The notes: a model not told the origin generated them from the letters alone. Shown: positions 9,312 through 19,508, numbered from the stretch's first letter. The stretch: DNA of 64,000 nucleotides from Chloroflexota bacterium (GCA_028874365.1 JAPPJZ010000062.1:52611-116610); one strand, 5' to 3'. Program-made: numbers and translations.

Positions 9312-12300
9312 CTACGCCGCCAGTCTGAGCGCACCGTGCAGCTCGATCCGCCGCAGGAACCACAGGAACGCGCCCAGATTGAGCGCAAACAGCGCTGACA
9401 ACGCGCCAAACAGGATGCCAACCCCCGGCCAGTCGATGATGAACTGCAGCGCCGGCACCACATCCCGACCATCCGGCGTGAGCGCGAAGAAGTCCAACAG
9501 CACCGCGCCCGCCTGCGTCCCCACGATCAGTCCCGCTCCCAGTCCAATCGCGATGATGATCAGTTGCTCCAGCGCGATCAATCCCAGAATCTGGCGCATG
9601 CTCATCCCGACGCTCTGACACACGGCAAACTCCACCCGTCGCGCCTGCGCTGTCACTGCGGTCAGCACCACCAGACCGAACGCCGACGCGATCGCCACCG
9701 CCGCCAGCGCGCCGATGAAGACCCCATTCCACGAAGCGACGATCAGCGGGTCGGCCGCCAGTTCCTCCCGGGCGCTCTCGATCGTGGCGATGCCATCGCT
9801 CTCGATCGGCAGCTCGTACCTGGCCAATAGACCGCCCCAGCGCTGCAGCGACGCCGACGCCCACAGTTCGTTGCTCACGGCCAGCGCCACGCCGGCCGCG
9901 GCGCTGCCATACAGCCGATCGATGAATGCCGCGCGATCGATCAACACGAGCGGATCATCGCGCTGCGGGTCGTAGCTCGGGAACGTCTCAAACTGCCCGC
10001 CGACGAGGAACGTCATCGAGGATGGCCCGATCCGCAGTTTGACCGTCTCGCCGATGTTGAGCCGTCCCTGTGCGATGGCCTCCGCCGAAAACAACGCCGG
10101 CAACGGGCCCCGATCCGCGATGTAGCGCACCCCGCGCAGCGACGATGGGATCGCATTCCAGCGATAGCGCGCCTCTGTTTCGGTGACGACGAAGAAGTCG
10201 AGCGGCTCCTCGCCGACCTCCAGGGGCGTCGCCTCCCAGCGTCCTGAGCTGAAATCGGCCAACAGGTAGCTCTCGCCACGCCGGGCGTAGCTCAGATCGC
10301 CAAGCAAGATTTCTCCCCCGGCGCGTGTGAGCGCCAGGTCAAGCGACACCAGTGTCAGTGGCGCGACTGGACGCTCAGCCACCGTGGGGCTGAACCTGCT
10401 TTGCCCCTGGATCAGCCGAGCGCCCTCCAGAGGCAGATAGGCCGCCGGTTCCTCCGTTAAGCGGTTCGAGATCGTGATCCACTCCGGATCTTCTTGAACC
10501 TGAGTGGGACTGAGCGTGTCAATCGCATACCACCAGTAACGTCCGATCGCGTCCAGCACCTTGATGCCGATCACGGTCTCCTGCTCGAGCTGCACAACCG
10601 CAATCCGTAGCTCCAGCAGGCCCCCAAAATCGTCGATCACCGCTCCCTGGACTTCGTTAAGCGGTACCGCAATCTGCTGCAGGTCCGCCGGCGGCAACGC
10701 CCAGTCAGCCCCTTGTTCGGCCAGCTGATCGGCAACCACCTCGGAGTCCAACGCAGCGATCTGCAGATGACCCGAGTCTTCATCCCCTTCGAACGCCCCC
10801 ACGATCCGCTTGATCTGTGCCACCGATGCACCGCTGGCGTCCTCAATCGCCTCATATTGAACAATGTCCGAGACCGGCTCGGTCAGCCGTACCGACGCGC
10901 CCACCGCGTGCAGCGAACGATCGTTGTAAGACGTGTCGAGCGTCGTCCGGAACGAGGCCGCAAACACCGCCAGCGCACCCGCGATCGTCAGCAACAGCAC
11001 CGTCCGCGCGTAGTGCGTCGGTGTGCGACCCAGATACCAGGCGCCCATCAGCAGCGTCAGCGAGCGCCAGGGCGACGCAAGCCGGGCCAGCAGCCGCATC
11101 GTCGGTGGGAACAAGCGCAGCACGATTAGCCCAACCACGAACAGCAACACGGTCGGCGTCGCGACCGCCAGCCAGTCCAGCCGCGTCTCACCGACCAACG
11201 GCGAATCGATCGGATCGCCGGCCCATTGCAGTTCGAAGATCAGCAGAGCGCCCAGCGCTGCTACAGCCGCGTCGATCAGGGCGCGCTGCGTCCATGATGC
11301 GGGCGGCCGACCGCGCTCCCGGCGGGTCGTGACCATCGTCTGGCGAGTCGCCCGGTACGTCGGCACTGCCTGAGCCAGCAGCGCCAGCACCCCTGCGCCC
11401 ACGGCCAGGTACCACGACTCGACCGGCAGCGAGACCGGCAGGAACGGACCCGCGCCGGTAGCGGCCAGCGCCTCATCGAAGGGCGGCACGAACCCCAACA
11501 GACTGACCAGCCCCATGCCGATCAGCGGCCCCAGCAATATCGCCGGAGCGGTCAGAATCGCAGCCTCGACGATGTGCATCACGGCGACATCGCGCTGCCG
11601 GGCGCCTCGCGAACGTAGCCAGGCCGTGTCCTCGGTGCGTTGCTCGGCGAGCATCGCCGATGCCACCACCGCATAGACCAACACCGCGCCCACGAGCTGC
11701 AGCACGATCATCAATAGCGTCGACTGGGCAAACTGGAAGCGTTGGCTGAACCCGACCAGCGTGTCGACCAGTTCCGTCTCCTGCTGGATACCGTCCACGG
11801 ACTGCGAGATTCGCCGAGTCATCTGCTCCAGCGAATCGGCCGCCGCAGACGCTTCCGCCGCCGACGCGCCGTGCAAGTCGGTCCGGAACCGCTGCAGCAA
11901 CGACAGACGCAACGTGGGCGACTGCTCGGCCAGAATGCCGAGAATCCCCTCCCGCGTGGTCCAGAACCGCAGTTCCGTGTCCAGCGCCGCGATCGGCAGG
12001 AACAGCGGATCGAGCGTTGACCAACGCCGCTCGTCGGTCGACGGCTCGATGATCCCGACAATCCGCACGCGAGTCTCATGCTCGGTGCCCAGCCAAAACG
12101 GTTGCGCCAGTCGTTCGTCTCCAACGTCGAGTCCAAAGTCCTGCGCCTGCCTCCGCTCGACCATCACCTCCAACAGATCAGTCGTTGCCTCCGGTCTACG
12201 GCCGGCCACGACTTCTGAGAGGTCCGCCACATCGCTCTGCGCAACGAACGTGGCGTGATCGGCGTCCGGCGGATCGAACGGCTGCTCCTCGGTTCGCAGG

Positions 12301-12659
12301 ATGTATCCACCGGTACGGAGCGCCGTCATTCGGCCAACCGTGAGCGACGAGGCCGCCGCCGAGACTTCGTCATGGATCAGCGACTCAACGTCGTCAACTG
12401 ACGCTGAGTCCGCGGTCACGTTGGTCTGATTGAATCGCAGGTCCAGCGTTGCCGGATCGGCATCCGCGAGCGTCTGCCGCAGTCCCAGATCACGCACCGC
12501 TTCGATGAAGATCGGCGCGCTGCTCGCCAGGCCCACCGCCAGCAGCGCCCCGATCAGCAGCACCGTCGAGAGCCTGGGCGCCGAAGCGATACGCCGCAGC
12601 GCCAGTCTGCCGAGCTCTCGGGCCGTTTCACCGCGTCGAGTCGGAATCTGCTGCGACAT
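9312..12659 (-). CDS. ABC-transporter permease, FtsX-like double-domain (YbbP/MacB-type), 1115 aa
   Basis: Two FtsX modules, each with a large extracytoplasmic loop; C-terminal FtsX signature ...SVGMSMRQILGLIALEQL.... Confidence 0.8.
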   Translation of the reverse strand: MSQQIPTRRGETARELGRLALRRIASAPRLSTVLLIGALLAVGLASSAPIFIEAVRDLGLRQTLADADPATLDLRFNQTNVTADSASVDDVESLIHDEVSAAASSLTVGRMTALRTGGYILRTEEQPFDPPDADHATFVAQSDVADLSEVVAGRRPEATTDLLEVMVERRQAQDFGLDVGDERLAQPFWLGTEHETRVRIVGIIEPSTDERRWSTLDPLFLPIAALDTELRFWTTREGILGILAEQSPTLRLSLLQRFRTDLHGASAAEASAAADSLEQMTRRISQSVDGIQQETELVDTLVGFSQRFQFAQSTLLMIVLQLVGAVLVYAVVASAMLAEQRTEDTAWLRSRGARQRDVAVMHIVEAAILTAPAILLGPLIGMGLVSLLGFVPPFDEALAATGAGPFLPVSLPVESWYLAVGAGVLALLAQAVPTYRATRQTMVTTRRERGRPPASWTQRALIDAAVAALGALLIFELQWAGDPIDSPLVGETRLDWLAVATPTVLLFVVGLIVLRLFPPTMRLLARLASPWRSLTLLMGAWYLGRTPTHYARTVLLLTIAGALAVFAASFRTTLDTSYNDRSLHAVGASVRLTEPVSDIVQYEAIEDASGASVAQIKRIVGAFEGDEDSGHLQIAALDSEVVADQLAEQGADWALPPADLQQIAVPLNEVQGAVIDDFGGLLELRIAVVQLEQETVIGIKVLDAIGRYWWYAIDTLSPTQVQEDPEWITISNRLTEEPAAYLPLEGARLIQGQSRFSPTVAERPVAPLTLVSLDLALTRAGGEILLGDLSYARRGESYLLADFSSGRWEATPLEVGEEPLDFFVVTETEARYRWNAIPSSLRGVRYIADRGPLPALFSAEAIAQGRLNIGETVKLRIGPSSMTFLVGGQFETFPSYDPQRDDPLVLIDRAAFIDRLYGSAAAGVALAVSNELWASASLQRWGGLLARYELPIESDGIATIESAREELAADPLIVASWNGVFIGALAAVAIASAFGLVVLTAVTAQARRVEFAVCQSVGMSMRQILGLIALEQLIIIAIGLGAGLIVGTQAGAVLLDFFALTPDGRDVVPALQFIIDWPGVGILFGALSALFALNLGAFLWFLRRIELHGALRLAA

Positions 12660-15600
12660 CAGTCGGCGCCCTCCCGCAGCAGAGGAGCCGCTTCACGGCC
12701 CGTCGCCCAGCGTGAGATCGCGGTCGTGCCCAGCACCGCACATAACACGATCACCCCGACACCGATACCGGCCAGGACCCAGTCGATCGACAGCACCGTC
12801 GGCGGCGCAGCCGCCACCCCTTCAGCCGTGACGTCGAGGAACGCCAACAGCGCGCCCGCCACTGCCCGCCCCAGGCCGAACCCCAGCGCCACACCGGCCG
12901 CCAACACGAGGCCGACTTCCACCGCGGCTTGCGCGGTCAACCCGGCCCGACCTGAGCCGACGGTCCGCATCAGCGCAAACTCGCGAGCCCGCTCGCCGCC
13001 GGCCGCCGCGAGTGTGAAGATCAGCGCCGCCGATCCCACGATCAAGAGTCCGATGAACCCGACCACGAACAACGCCGCCGCCCCGCCCGAGCGAAACGGA
13101 TCCTCCTCCGCCGCCACGATCTTCGCCTCCGCGTCGAACACTGTGCTGGACAGATACACATCGTCCAGCAGCTCGGCGGCAATCAGGCGTCCCGCATTGC
13201 TTTCTGTCGCAGTCCACACCTCCGTGATCGGCAGCACCGCCTGAACCGCCGCGACCAGCGCCGCCCCCCGCAGCGCTAGGAGATCCACGATCAGGAACCC
13301 GCCCTGCGCCGGATTGAGCGTGGGAAAGTAGTCAACGGCCGACTGAATCCGGACCGGGATGGTCGCATTGCTGACACCGATCGGGACGATGTCGCCGACA
13401 CTGAGGTTGGCGGTCTCCATCGACGTTCGATCCATCGCCGCATTGACCGGCAGGTTCGGCGATTCGCGCACGATGATTCGCTCATCGCTGGCCGCAAGCT
13501 GCGACCAGTGGTAGCGCAGACCTCCGCCCTCGAACGAAATCCGGTCTTCGCCCGCGCCGCCTGAGGCCGGCAGCCACGGTCCAGCCTCGTCAAACGCATC
13601 CACCGCGACGGATTGCTCCCCGACCTGCGCGTTCAAGTCGTCCATGTACAACGTCCCGGTCGGCGCTCGAACCACCCGCGCCTGCGGACGCAGAATGATC
13701 GCCGCGATCCGCAGTGGTTGCTCGAGCCCGCCCAGAGGCGCGCGAAACGTGTTCCAGTCCCCGTCAACCACGGAAGCCGTATTCGTCCGAAACGGGCGCA
13801 TGTGCACCTGTCCACGGGCGTCGAGCACCCGCGCCGCCAGTTCAAGATTGCTGTTCCCCGGATTGCTGCGCACGCGAACCGTCAACGCCTCCGCCCCGTC
13901 CGGCAACTCCTGCCCGGCTCGCCCCGGCTCACGCTCGATCGCCGCCAACAGCTCGTCCGGCGGCGTGCCCAGCAAGTCCTCGTCCAGCGCCACGATCTCG
14001 GACAGCCGACTCGTCTGCAGCCCCAGCAGCACGACGCGGCTGCCTTCCCGATCGCCGCCGATCGCGCCGATCCCGCGATACGCCGCTGCCGCGCTGATTC
14101 CCTGACGGCTCTGCAGCGGCTCCGTCACCCGGCCCACCGTCGAGTTCGACAGGTTGCCGCCGATTGACACCCCGCGCAGGTCCGAACCGACCTCATATTC
14201 AATCCGCGACCGCTCGACGGTCCGAATCGTCGACGCATACGTCGCCGAGATCAGTCCCACGGCCGTGATGAACGCAACCAGGGCCGTCAGCAACATCGGG
14301 CCCGTCGGATTCCGAGCCACGCTGAGCACCCCGAGGTACAACCACGACGGAATCGGTGATCTCGAGAGCAGTGCCGCCGCGAAGCCCCACACCCGCGGGG
14401 CGACCCGCATGATCGTCAGTGCCGCGCCCAGCAGAAGCAGTCCGGGGCTCAGCATCAGCACCGGATTGATCCCGCCCGACTCAAACGCGGCCAGCGCCCC
14501 GCCCGACGCTTCGGTCTCGAACTGAAGAAACAGCACCGTTGCCAGCGCCAGCAATGCCACGTCGAGCCACGCCCGTTGCACCAACGACTGCCGCTGCGGG
14601 CGCCCCTGCGCCACGCGCTCGTTCGTCCGCTGCCGCGCATCGAACCAGGCCGGCGCCGCAAACGCGATCCAGGCGATCACCGCGCCCGCAACTGCCAGCC
14701 CCCACGCCTCCGCCGTCAGCCGCGTATCGAACGGCTCGCCGCCCGAGACCCGAGCCACTGCCTCCAATCGACCGGCATGACTCAACGCAAAAGCCGCCAG
14801 CGGCGCGCCGAGAATCGCCGCCGGTAGAGCCGCGACCCCGCCGAGCATCGCCTGCGCCCCGGCCTGCTGCCATGGTTTCGCTCCGCGAGCCGCGAGCCGT
14901 TCGCGATCGACCCGAGTCCGCTGCGCCATCACGCGTCCGACCAGCGCCACGCCGAACATCGCCACCGCGGCGATCTGCAAACCGGCCAACAGCGACTGCC
15001 CTGCCGAAAACTGCGCCTGGCGTACGAACGTCTGCAGCGTGCCCACCAGGAGCGTGCCCGCCGAGCCACCCTCCAGGCGACTCAGCTGTTGTTGCCACGC
15101 GCCCAGCGACTCGATCACGGCCTCAACCTGGTCGGAGTTAATCGCTCCGGTGTCCAGTTCCGTCCGCATCCGATGCGTCACCGGAGCTCCGAGTCGCTCC
15201 AGCGCGTCGGGCTCGGCGAACATGCCGAAATACGGCACCTCCGCGCCGCCCAGCGTGATATCGAACTGCAACTCGAACCAGACGTCCGTGTAGTGGAACG
15301 CCAGCACCCGCGTGACATCGTCCACGACCGGTTCGATGATCCCGCTGATTTCGAACTGCATCGCCTCGCTGAAACTGACCACGCTGCCGACATCGATGCT
15401 GAGCTGCTCGGCGAGCCGCGCGCCGATCACCACCTCGTCCGCCGAACCGGCCCAATCGCCCCGCACCAGCCGCGCGTTCGTCCGCAGTTGCTCGAACGAC
15501 ATCAGATACGCCAGCAGGGACTCGTTCAGACCGTTGTCGAGGCGCGTAAACCCGGCGAACGTCTCGGGAGTCTCCATGATCCGCCGTGTGTCGCTGGCCA

Positions 15601-15901
15601 GACCTGGGAACCGCTCCAGATGCCGCTCGCGGGCTTCCGCCGCTTCTCGCTCGATGCGATCGAAGTCCTCAGCGCTCGCCGGACGGAAGGCCCGCGAATG
15701 GTCCGCGAACGTGGTCCCCCGCGGCGATTGCTCGATCAACTCGCGAAGCGCGAGGTCGGCCGACGCCGCTCGAAAGACGAGCGGCAACGCCACGAGCGCG
15801 GCGGCGATGATCAGCAGCGACGCAGCCCCGAACATCAATAGCCAACCGCCCCGCAGTTCGCGTAGGGCGGCGAGCCTGAGTAGGCGGAAAAGTCCAAGCA
15901 T
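12659..15901 (-). CDS. ABC-transporter permease, FtsX-like double-domain, 1080 aa
   Basis: Same architecture as neighbour; C-terminal FtsX ...MRTVGSGRAGLTAQAAVE...; start overlaps the stop of the downstream gene (translational coupling). Confidence 0.8.
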   Translation of the reverse strand: MLGLFRLLRLAALRELRGGWLLMFGAASLLIIAAALVALPLVFRAASADLALRELIEQSPRGTTFADHSRAFRPASAEDFDRIEREAAEARERHLERFPGLASDTRRIMETPETFAGFTRLDNGLNESLLAYLMSFEQLRTNARLVRGDWAGSADEVVIGARLAEQLSIDVGSVVSFSEAMQFEISGIIEPVVDDVTRVLAFHYTDVWFELQFDITLGGAEVPYFGMFAEPDALERLGAPVTHRMRTELDTGAINSDQVEAVIESLGAWQQQLSRLEGGSAGTLLVGTLQTFVRQAQFSAGQSLLAGLQIAAVAMFGVALVGRVMAQRTRVDRERLAARGAKPWQQAGAQAMLGGVAALPAAILGAPLAAFALSHAGRLEAVARVSGGEPFDTRLTAEAWGLAVAGAVIAWIAFAAPAWFDARQRTNERVAQGRPQRQSLVQRAWLDVALLALATVLFLQFETEASGGALAAFESGGINPVLMLSPGLLLLGAALTIMRVAPRVWGFAAALLSRSPIPSWLYLGVLSVARNPTGPMLLTALVAFITAVGLISATYASTIRTVERSRIEYEVGSDLRGVSIGGNLSNSTVGRVTEPLQSRQGISAAAAYRGIGAIGGDREGSRVVLLGLQTSRLSEIVALDEDLLGTPPDELLAAIEREPGRAGQELPDGAEALTVRVRSNPGNSNLELAARVLDARGQVHMRPFRTNTASVVDGDWNTFRAPLGGLEQPLRIAAIILRPQARVVRAPTGTLYMDDLNAQVGEQSVAVDAFDEAGPWLPASGGAGEDRISFEGGGLRYHWSQLAASDERIIVRESPNLPVNAAMDRTSMETANLSVGDIVPIGVSNATIPVRIQSAVDYFPTLNPAQGGFLIVDLLALRGAALVAAVQAVLPITEVWTATESNAGRLIAAELLDDVYLSSTVFDAEAKIVAAEEDPFRSGGAAALFVVGFIGLLIVGSAALIFTLAAAGGERAREFALMRTVGSGRAGLTAQAAVEVGLVLAAGVALGFGLGRAVAGALLAFLDVTAEGVAAAPPTVLSIDWVLAGIGVGVIVLCAVLGTTAISRWATGREAAPLLREGAD

Positions 15902-16093
15902 GATGCTGCAATGCTACGACTGGCCGTACTGTTGAACGCCTCCGGCTCCTCGGTCTGCCCTTCGGTTGCCGCTGAGCCGATGGGCGCTTAGCCTGCACCT
16001 AACTAGTTCGTCCGCTCGGTCGTTGGGCGGAACGCCCGCACACCCCTTCCGAGCCGAATCAACATCGCCGGAACCACCGTCAGGAGCACGTGT

Positions 16094-16882
16094 ATGACGA
16101 CACAGACAGAAACGCACTCACAGATCGCCGTCGAGGTCTCCGGCCTCAAGGTCAACGCGCTCCAGGACGGCAGCGGACCCAACATCGTCGTCCTGCACCA
16201 CTCCACCGGCCCCGGCTGGATCCCGTTCTACGACCTCCTGGCCCAGAATCACACCGTCACCGCTATCGACATGCCCGGCTACGGGCAGTCCGAGCGCCCG
16301 GTCTGGGCTCGTCACCCGCGCGACATCGCCATCATGCTGCACAGCGCCATCCACAAGATGGGCATCGACACTGACGCCAACCTCGTCGGCATGGGCTTCG
16401 GCGGCTGGGTCGCGGCCGAGCTCGCCTGCATGCATCTGCATGGTCTCGACAGCCTCACCCTGATTGGCGCAGCCGGCGTCCAACCCGACGAGGGCGAAAT
16501 CGCCGACGTGATCTTCTACGAGTTCGAGGAGTACGTGAAGCTCGGCTTCTCCTCCGACGAGGCCTACGCCGACATCTTCGGCGACGAGGCCGCCCCCGAA
16601 CTGAAGGAGCTCTGGGACTTCTCGCGCGAGATGACCGCGCGTCTGACCTGGAAGCCCTGGATGTTCAACCGCCAGCTCCCGCATCTGCTCACCGAGCTCG
16701 AGACGCCGACCCTGCTGCTCTGGGGTGAAAACGACCGAGTCGTCCCACACGGTGTCGCCGAGGTCTACGACGCCAGCCTGCCCAACAGCAGGCTCCAGGT
16801 GCTCGAAGGGCTCGGCCATCTCGTCGAACTCGAAGACGCCCAGGCCACGGCCGACGCCGTGATCGCGCACATCAGCTCGTAG
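16094..16882 (+). CDS. alpha/beta-fold hydrolase
   Basis: HG-type oxyanion region VVLHHSTGPG, nucleophile elbow GMGFGG, SD GGAG 8 nt upstream. Confidence 0.8.
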   Translation: MTTQTETHSQIAVEVSGLKVNALQDGSGPNIVVLHHSTGPGWIPFYDLLAQNHTVTAIDMPGYGQSERPVWARHPRDIAIMLHSAIHKMGIDTDANLVGMGFGGWVAAELACMHLHGLDSLTLIGAAGVQPDEGEIADVIFYEFEEYVKLGFSSDEAYADIFGDEAAPELKELWDFSREMTARLTWKPWMFNRQLPHLLTELETPTLLLWGENDRVVPHGVAEVYDASLPNSRLQVLEGLGHLVELEDAQATADAVIAHISS

Positions 16883-16990
16883 CGAGGCAGACGATAGAGG
16901 CGTGACGCTTCGCCGTCACGTATCATCTTGAGGAACGTACAACCGGCTCGCGCAACCGCACCCTGAGCCGGAGGAACAGGAACCGAAACC

Positions 16991-18286
16991 ATGTTCATTG
17001 GCTACTTCACGGAACGTCCCTACCAGGACTTCGAATCGGGCTGGGTCGGAGCGACCGGCCGCGAAATCGAGGACCTCGGGATGACCAATGGGGATTACGA
17101 CCCCCGGATCGGCGCCGAGCTCTACAACCGCTACCTCGACGAGAAGGTCTACGCCGAGGAGATGGGCTTTGACGGCCTGATGCTCAACGAGCATCACTCC
17201 ACCCCGTTCTGCATGGGCGGCGTGATGAACGTCGAAGCCGCGATCCTCGCCCGGATCACCAAGCGCGCCAAGATCGTGCTGCTCGGCAACGTCCTCCCGA
17301 TCTGGGAAGACCCTCTGTGGCTGGCCGAGGAACTGGCCGAGATCGACATGATCTCCCGGGGCCGCCTGGTTACGGGTTGGGTCCGCGGCACCGGCCGCGA
17401 ATCGGTTGCCCACAACTCGCAGGCGCCCTTCAACTGGGAGCGCTTCCAGGAAGCCCACGACTTCGTCGTCAAGGCCTGGTCGACCCCCGGCCCCTTCCGC
17501 TGGGAAGGCGAGCACTACCAGTACCGCTACGTCAACCCCTGGGCGCGCCCCTACCAGGAGCCGCACCCCCAGATCTGGATCCCTGGCGTGATGTCGCGTA
17601 ACACGGTCAAGTGGTGCGCCGAGCATCGCTACCCCTACGTCATGCTCGCCACCGAGATCGAGCCGACCAAGAAGTCGTTCGACTACTACGATGAGGTCGC
17701 GCAGGAAAACGGCTACGAGGCCTCGACCGAGCACCACGGCTACCTCTTCAAGGTCCACGTCGACGAGACCGAAGAACTGGCCGAGGAAGCCGGCCGCAAG
17801 TACATCTCCGGACCGGCCAACCCGTTCCTCGAGGGCAACCAGGGCACCGTCCGCAGCAACCTGCAGAACCTGCCCGGTCTGACTTCGCGCACCCAGCTCC
17901 TGCCGACCGTCAGCACCTTCGCTGCCGCCGCGCGTGGACGCCAGGAGGAACAGAAGGCGGCCCTCGCAGAGAAGGAAGCCGAAACCGACAAGCGCGACGC
18001 CGACGCCTTCGGCACCTACGAGGAACAGGTCAACAAGTACTCCATCATCACGGGTACCCCCAAGACCGTGATCCCCAAGATCCGCCACGTCCTTGAAGAG
18101 CTGCGCCCCGGCAACATCTTCTTCTGGGACGGCGACGGCGCCATGAACCACGACGACGCGATGCGCTCCCTCCGCCTCTTCGGCGAGGAAGTCATCCCCG
18201 CCGTCCGCGAAATGGGCAAGGAACTCGATCTCAAGGGAGCCTTCGAGGTCAACACCCTCACCGGAGACCCAATGTCCGGCGACTAA
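16991..18286 (+). CDS. LLM-class flavin-dependent oxidoreductase (luciferase-like monooxygenase)
   Basis: TIM-barrel LLM signature GFDGLMLNEHH, 431 aa. Confidence 0.85.
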   Translation: MFIGYFTERPYQDFESGWVGATGREIEDLGMTNGDYDPRIGAELYNRYLDEKVYAEEMGFDGLMLNEHHSTPFCMGGVMNVEAAILARITKRAKIVLLGNVLPIWEDPLWLAEELAEIDMISRGRLVTGWVRGTGRESVAHNSQAPFNWERFQEAHDFVVKAWSTPGPFRWEGEHYQYRYVNPWARPYQEPHPQIWIPGVMSRNTVKWCAEHRYPYVMLATEIEPTKKSFDYYDEVAQENGYEASTEHHGYLFKVHVDETEELAEEAGRKYISGPANPFLEGNQGTVRSNLQNLPGLTSRTQLLPTVSTFAAAARGRQEEQKAALAEKEAETDKRDADAFGTYEEQVNKYSIITGTPKTVIPKIRHVLEELRPGNIFFWDGDGAMNHDDAMRSLRLFGEEVIPAVREMGKELDLKGAFEVNTLTGDPMSGD

Positions 18287-18311
18287 TCTCGCACCCGGTT
18301 CGACCAACAGA

Positions 18312-18350
18312 GACCCGCGCCCCCTGCACTGGGGCGCGGGTCTTCTGCGT
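18312..18350 (+). terminator. rho-independent terminator after LLM gene
   Basis: GACCCGCGCCCC-tgcact-GGGGCGCGGGTC followed by TTCTGCGTT, 25 nt after stop. Confidence 0.6.
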
Positions 18351-18355
18351 TAACC

Positions 18356-18525
18356 CCTCCGTCATTCCCCCCTTCTCCCGTCACTCCCGCCTTCTCCTCT
18401 TCATTCCCGCCCTCTCCCCGTCATTCCCGCGAAAGCGGGAACCCATACCGCCGCAGCGAACGGCACCTCCCACCAGAGCCCAATCCCATCCCTCAGTCAT
18501 TCCCGCGCTTGCCGCGGGAATCTCG
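18356..18525. repeat. family-C repeat cluster: 3.5 degenerate ~20-bp tandem units (GTCATTCCCnCC-TTCTCC) followed by two GTCATTCCCGCG hairpin units
   Basis: GTCATTCCCGCG-aaa-GCGGGAAC at 18420-18443 and GTCATTCCCGCG-cttg-CCGCGGGAATCTCG at 18496-18525; a third copy lies at 34777-34808. Confidence 0.7.
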
Positions 18526-18564
18526 CCTTGGTCCGCACCGACCTTCATTCAACTCCCTTTCGGG

Positions 18565-18600
18565 CTCCCTCTCCCTCTGGGAGAGGGTTGGGGTGAGGGC
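18565..18600. repeat. family-B hairpin repeat (CTCCCTCTCCC-tctg-GGAGAGGGttGGGGTGAGGGC)
   Basis: Recurs at 19430, 33176, 50281 and, in reverse orientation, at 51914 and 52003. Confidence 0.7.
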
Positions 18601-18691
18601 CGCCCCTTCCGACAACCACGATACACCAACCACGAACACCCTTTCTGTATAGTGACCAGAACGTACGTTCACGCTCAGAGAGGGTCCGACC

Positions 18692-19387
18692 ATGCACATC
18701 CCACCCAACCAACGTCGACGCGCCATCCAGGGCCACTACCTCCGCCAACGCGGCCACTCGCTGCGCCAGATCGCCGAACAGCAGAACCTCTGCCCCGACA
18801 TCGTCCGCTCCGACCTCAAGCTCGTCGAAACCCATTGGAGCTCGATCGCCGCCGCGGCTGCCGACGACCTTCTGCTCGAATCGCTGCAGCTCCTCAGGAT
18901 CAGGCTCTCGCTCGCCATCAAGAACGACGATGTCTCCAACAACGCCGAACGCCTCACCCCGGTCGAGTACCTCCGTGCACGCGATGCCCAGGAAACCGGG
19001 CTCAACAACCTCGCCCGCGAAATCCGCCGCACCGCCCAGGACGTCCACCGACGAGCCGCACAGCGCGCCGACCAACCCGACCTCTACGACGATGTACCGC
19101 AAGAACCAGGCGAAAACACTCCAGAACTAGTCAAAACTGACCACCCCGATCGCACGATCTCCAGTCCAGAGCAGAAGATCGTCGAATCTAAGCCCCAGCA
19201 AGAAAAAATTCCCGCGGAAACCGCCCACCTGCCCGATCAGCCCGAGTATGACCCTCTGATCGAGGAGGTCTTCAACGAATTCCCCCACCTCAGAGGCCAG
19301 TCAACCGAGCAAATCCTCGCCTTCCTCGACCAACTCACTGATCCCGAAGCATCGGAGCCCGCTGTCTACGCCGAGGCCGCCGGCTAG
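18692..19387 (+). CDS. hypothetical protein with N-terminal HTH; C-terminal half compositionally atypical (lower GC, E/P/Q-rich)
   Basis: RRRAIQGHYLRQRGHSLRQIAEQQNL resembles sigma-70 region 4 or terminase small-subunit HTH; gene is bracketed by repeat clusters. Confidence 0.5.
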   Translation: MHIPPNQRRRAIQGHYLRQRGHSLRQIAEQQNLCPDIVRSDLKLVETHWSSIAAAAADDLLLESLQLLRIRLSLAIKNDDVSNNAERLTPVEYLRARDAQETGLNNLAREIRRTAQDVHRRAAQRADQPDLYDDVPQEPGENTPELVKTDHPDRTISSPEQKIVESKPQQEKIPAETAHLPDQPEYDPLIEEVFNEFPHLRGQSTEQILAFLDQLTDPEASEPAVYAEAAG

Positions 19388-19429
19388 GCCCCCAAAGGCC
19401 CCTCTCTTCTGGTTCCCGCTCCTTCCGGT

Positions 19430-19508
19430 CCCCTCTCCCTCTGGGAGAGGGTTAGAGCCTGCCCCCGCGAAGGCGGGGGGTGAGGGTCCCGCGAAGCCCG
19501 CCCCGCAC
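19430..19508. repeat. composite B+A hairpin repeat
   Basis: CCCTCTCCCTCTGGGAGAGGG + CCCCCGCgaagGCGGGGGG + GGGTCCCGCgaagCCCGCCCC. Confidence 0.65.

Noticed and set aside
18356-18525. Possible CRISPR array (repeated GTCATTCCC units with palindromic cores)
   Set aside because: Units are directly abutting or irregularly spaced with no unique spacers of constant length; only 2 palindromic units; no cas genes in window.
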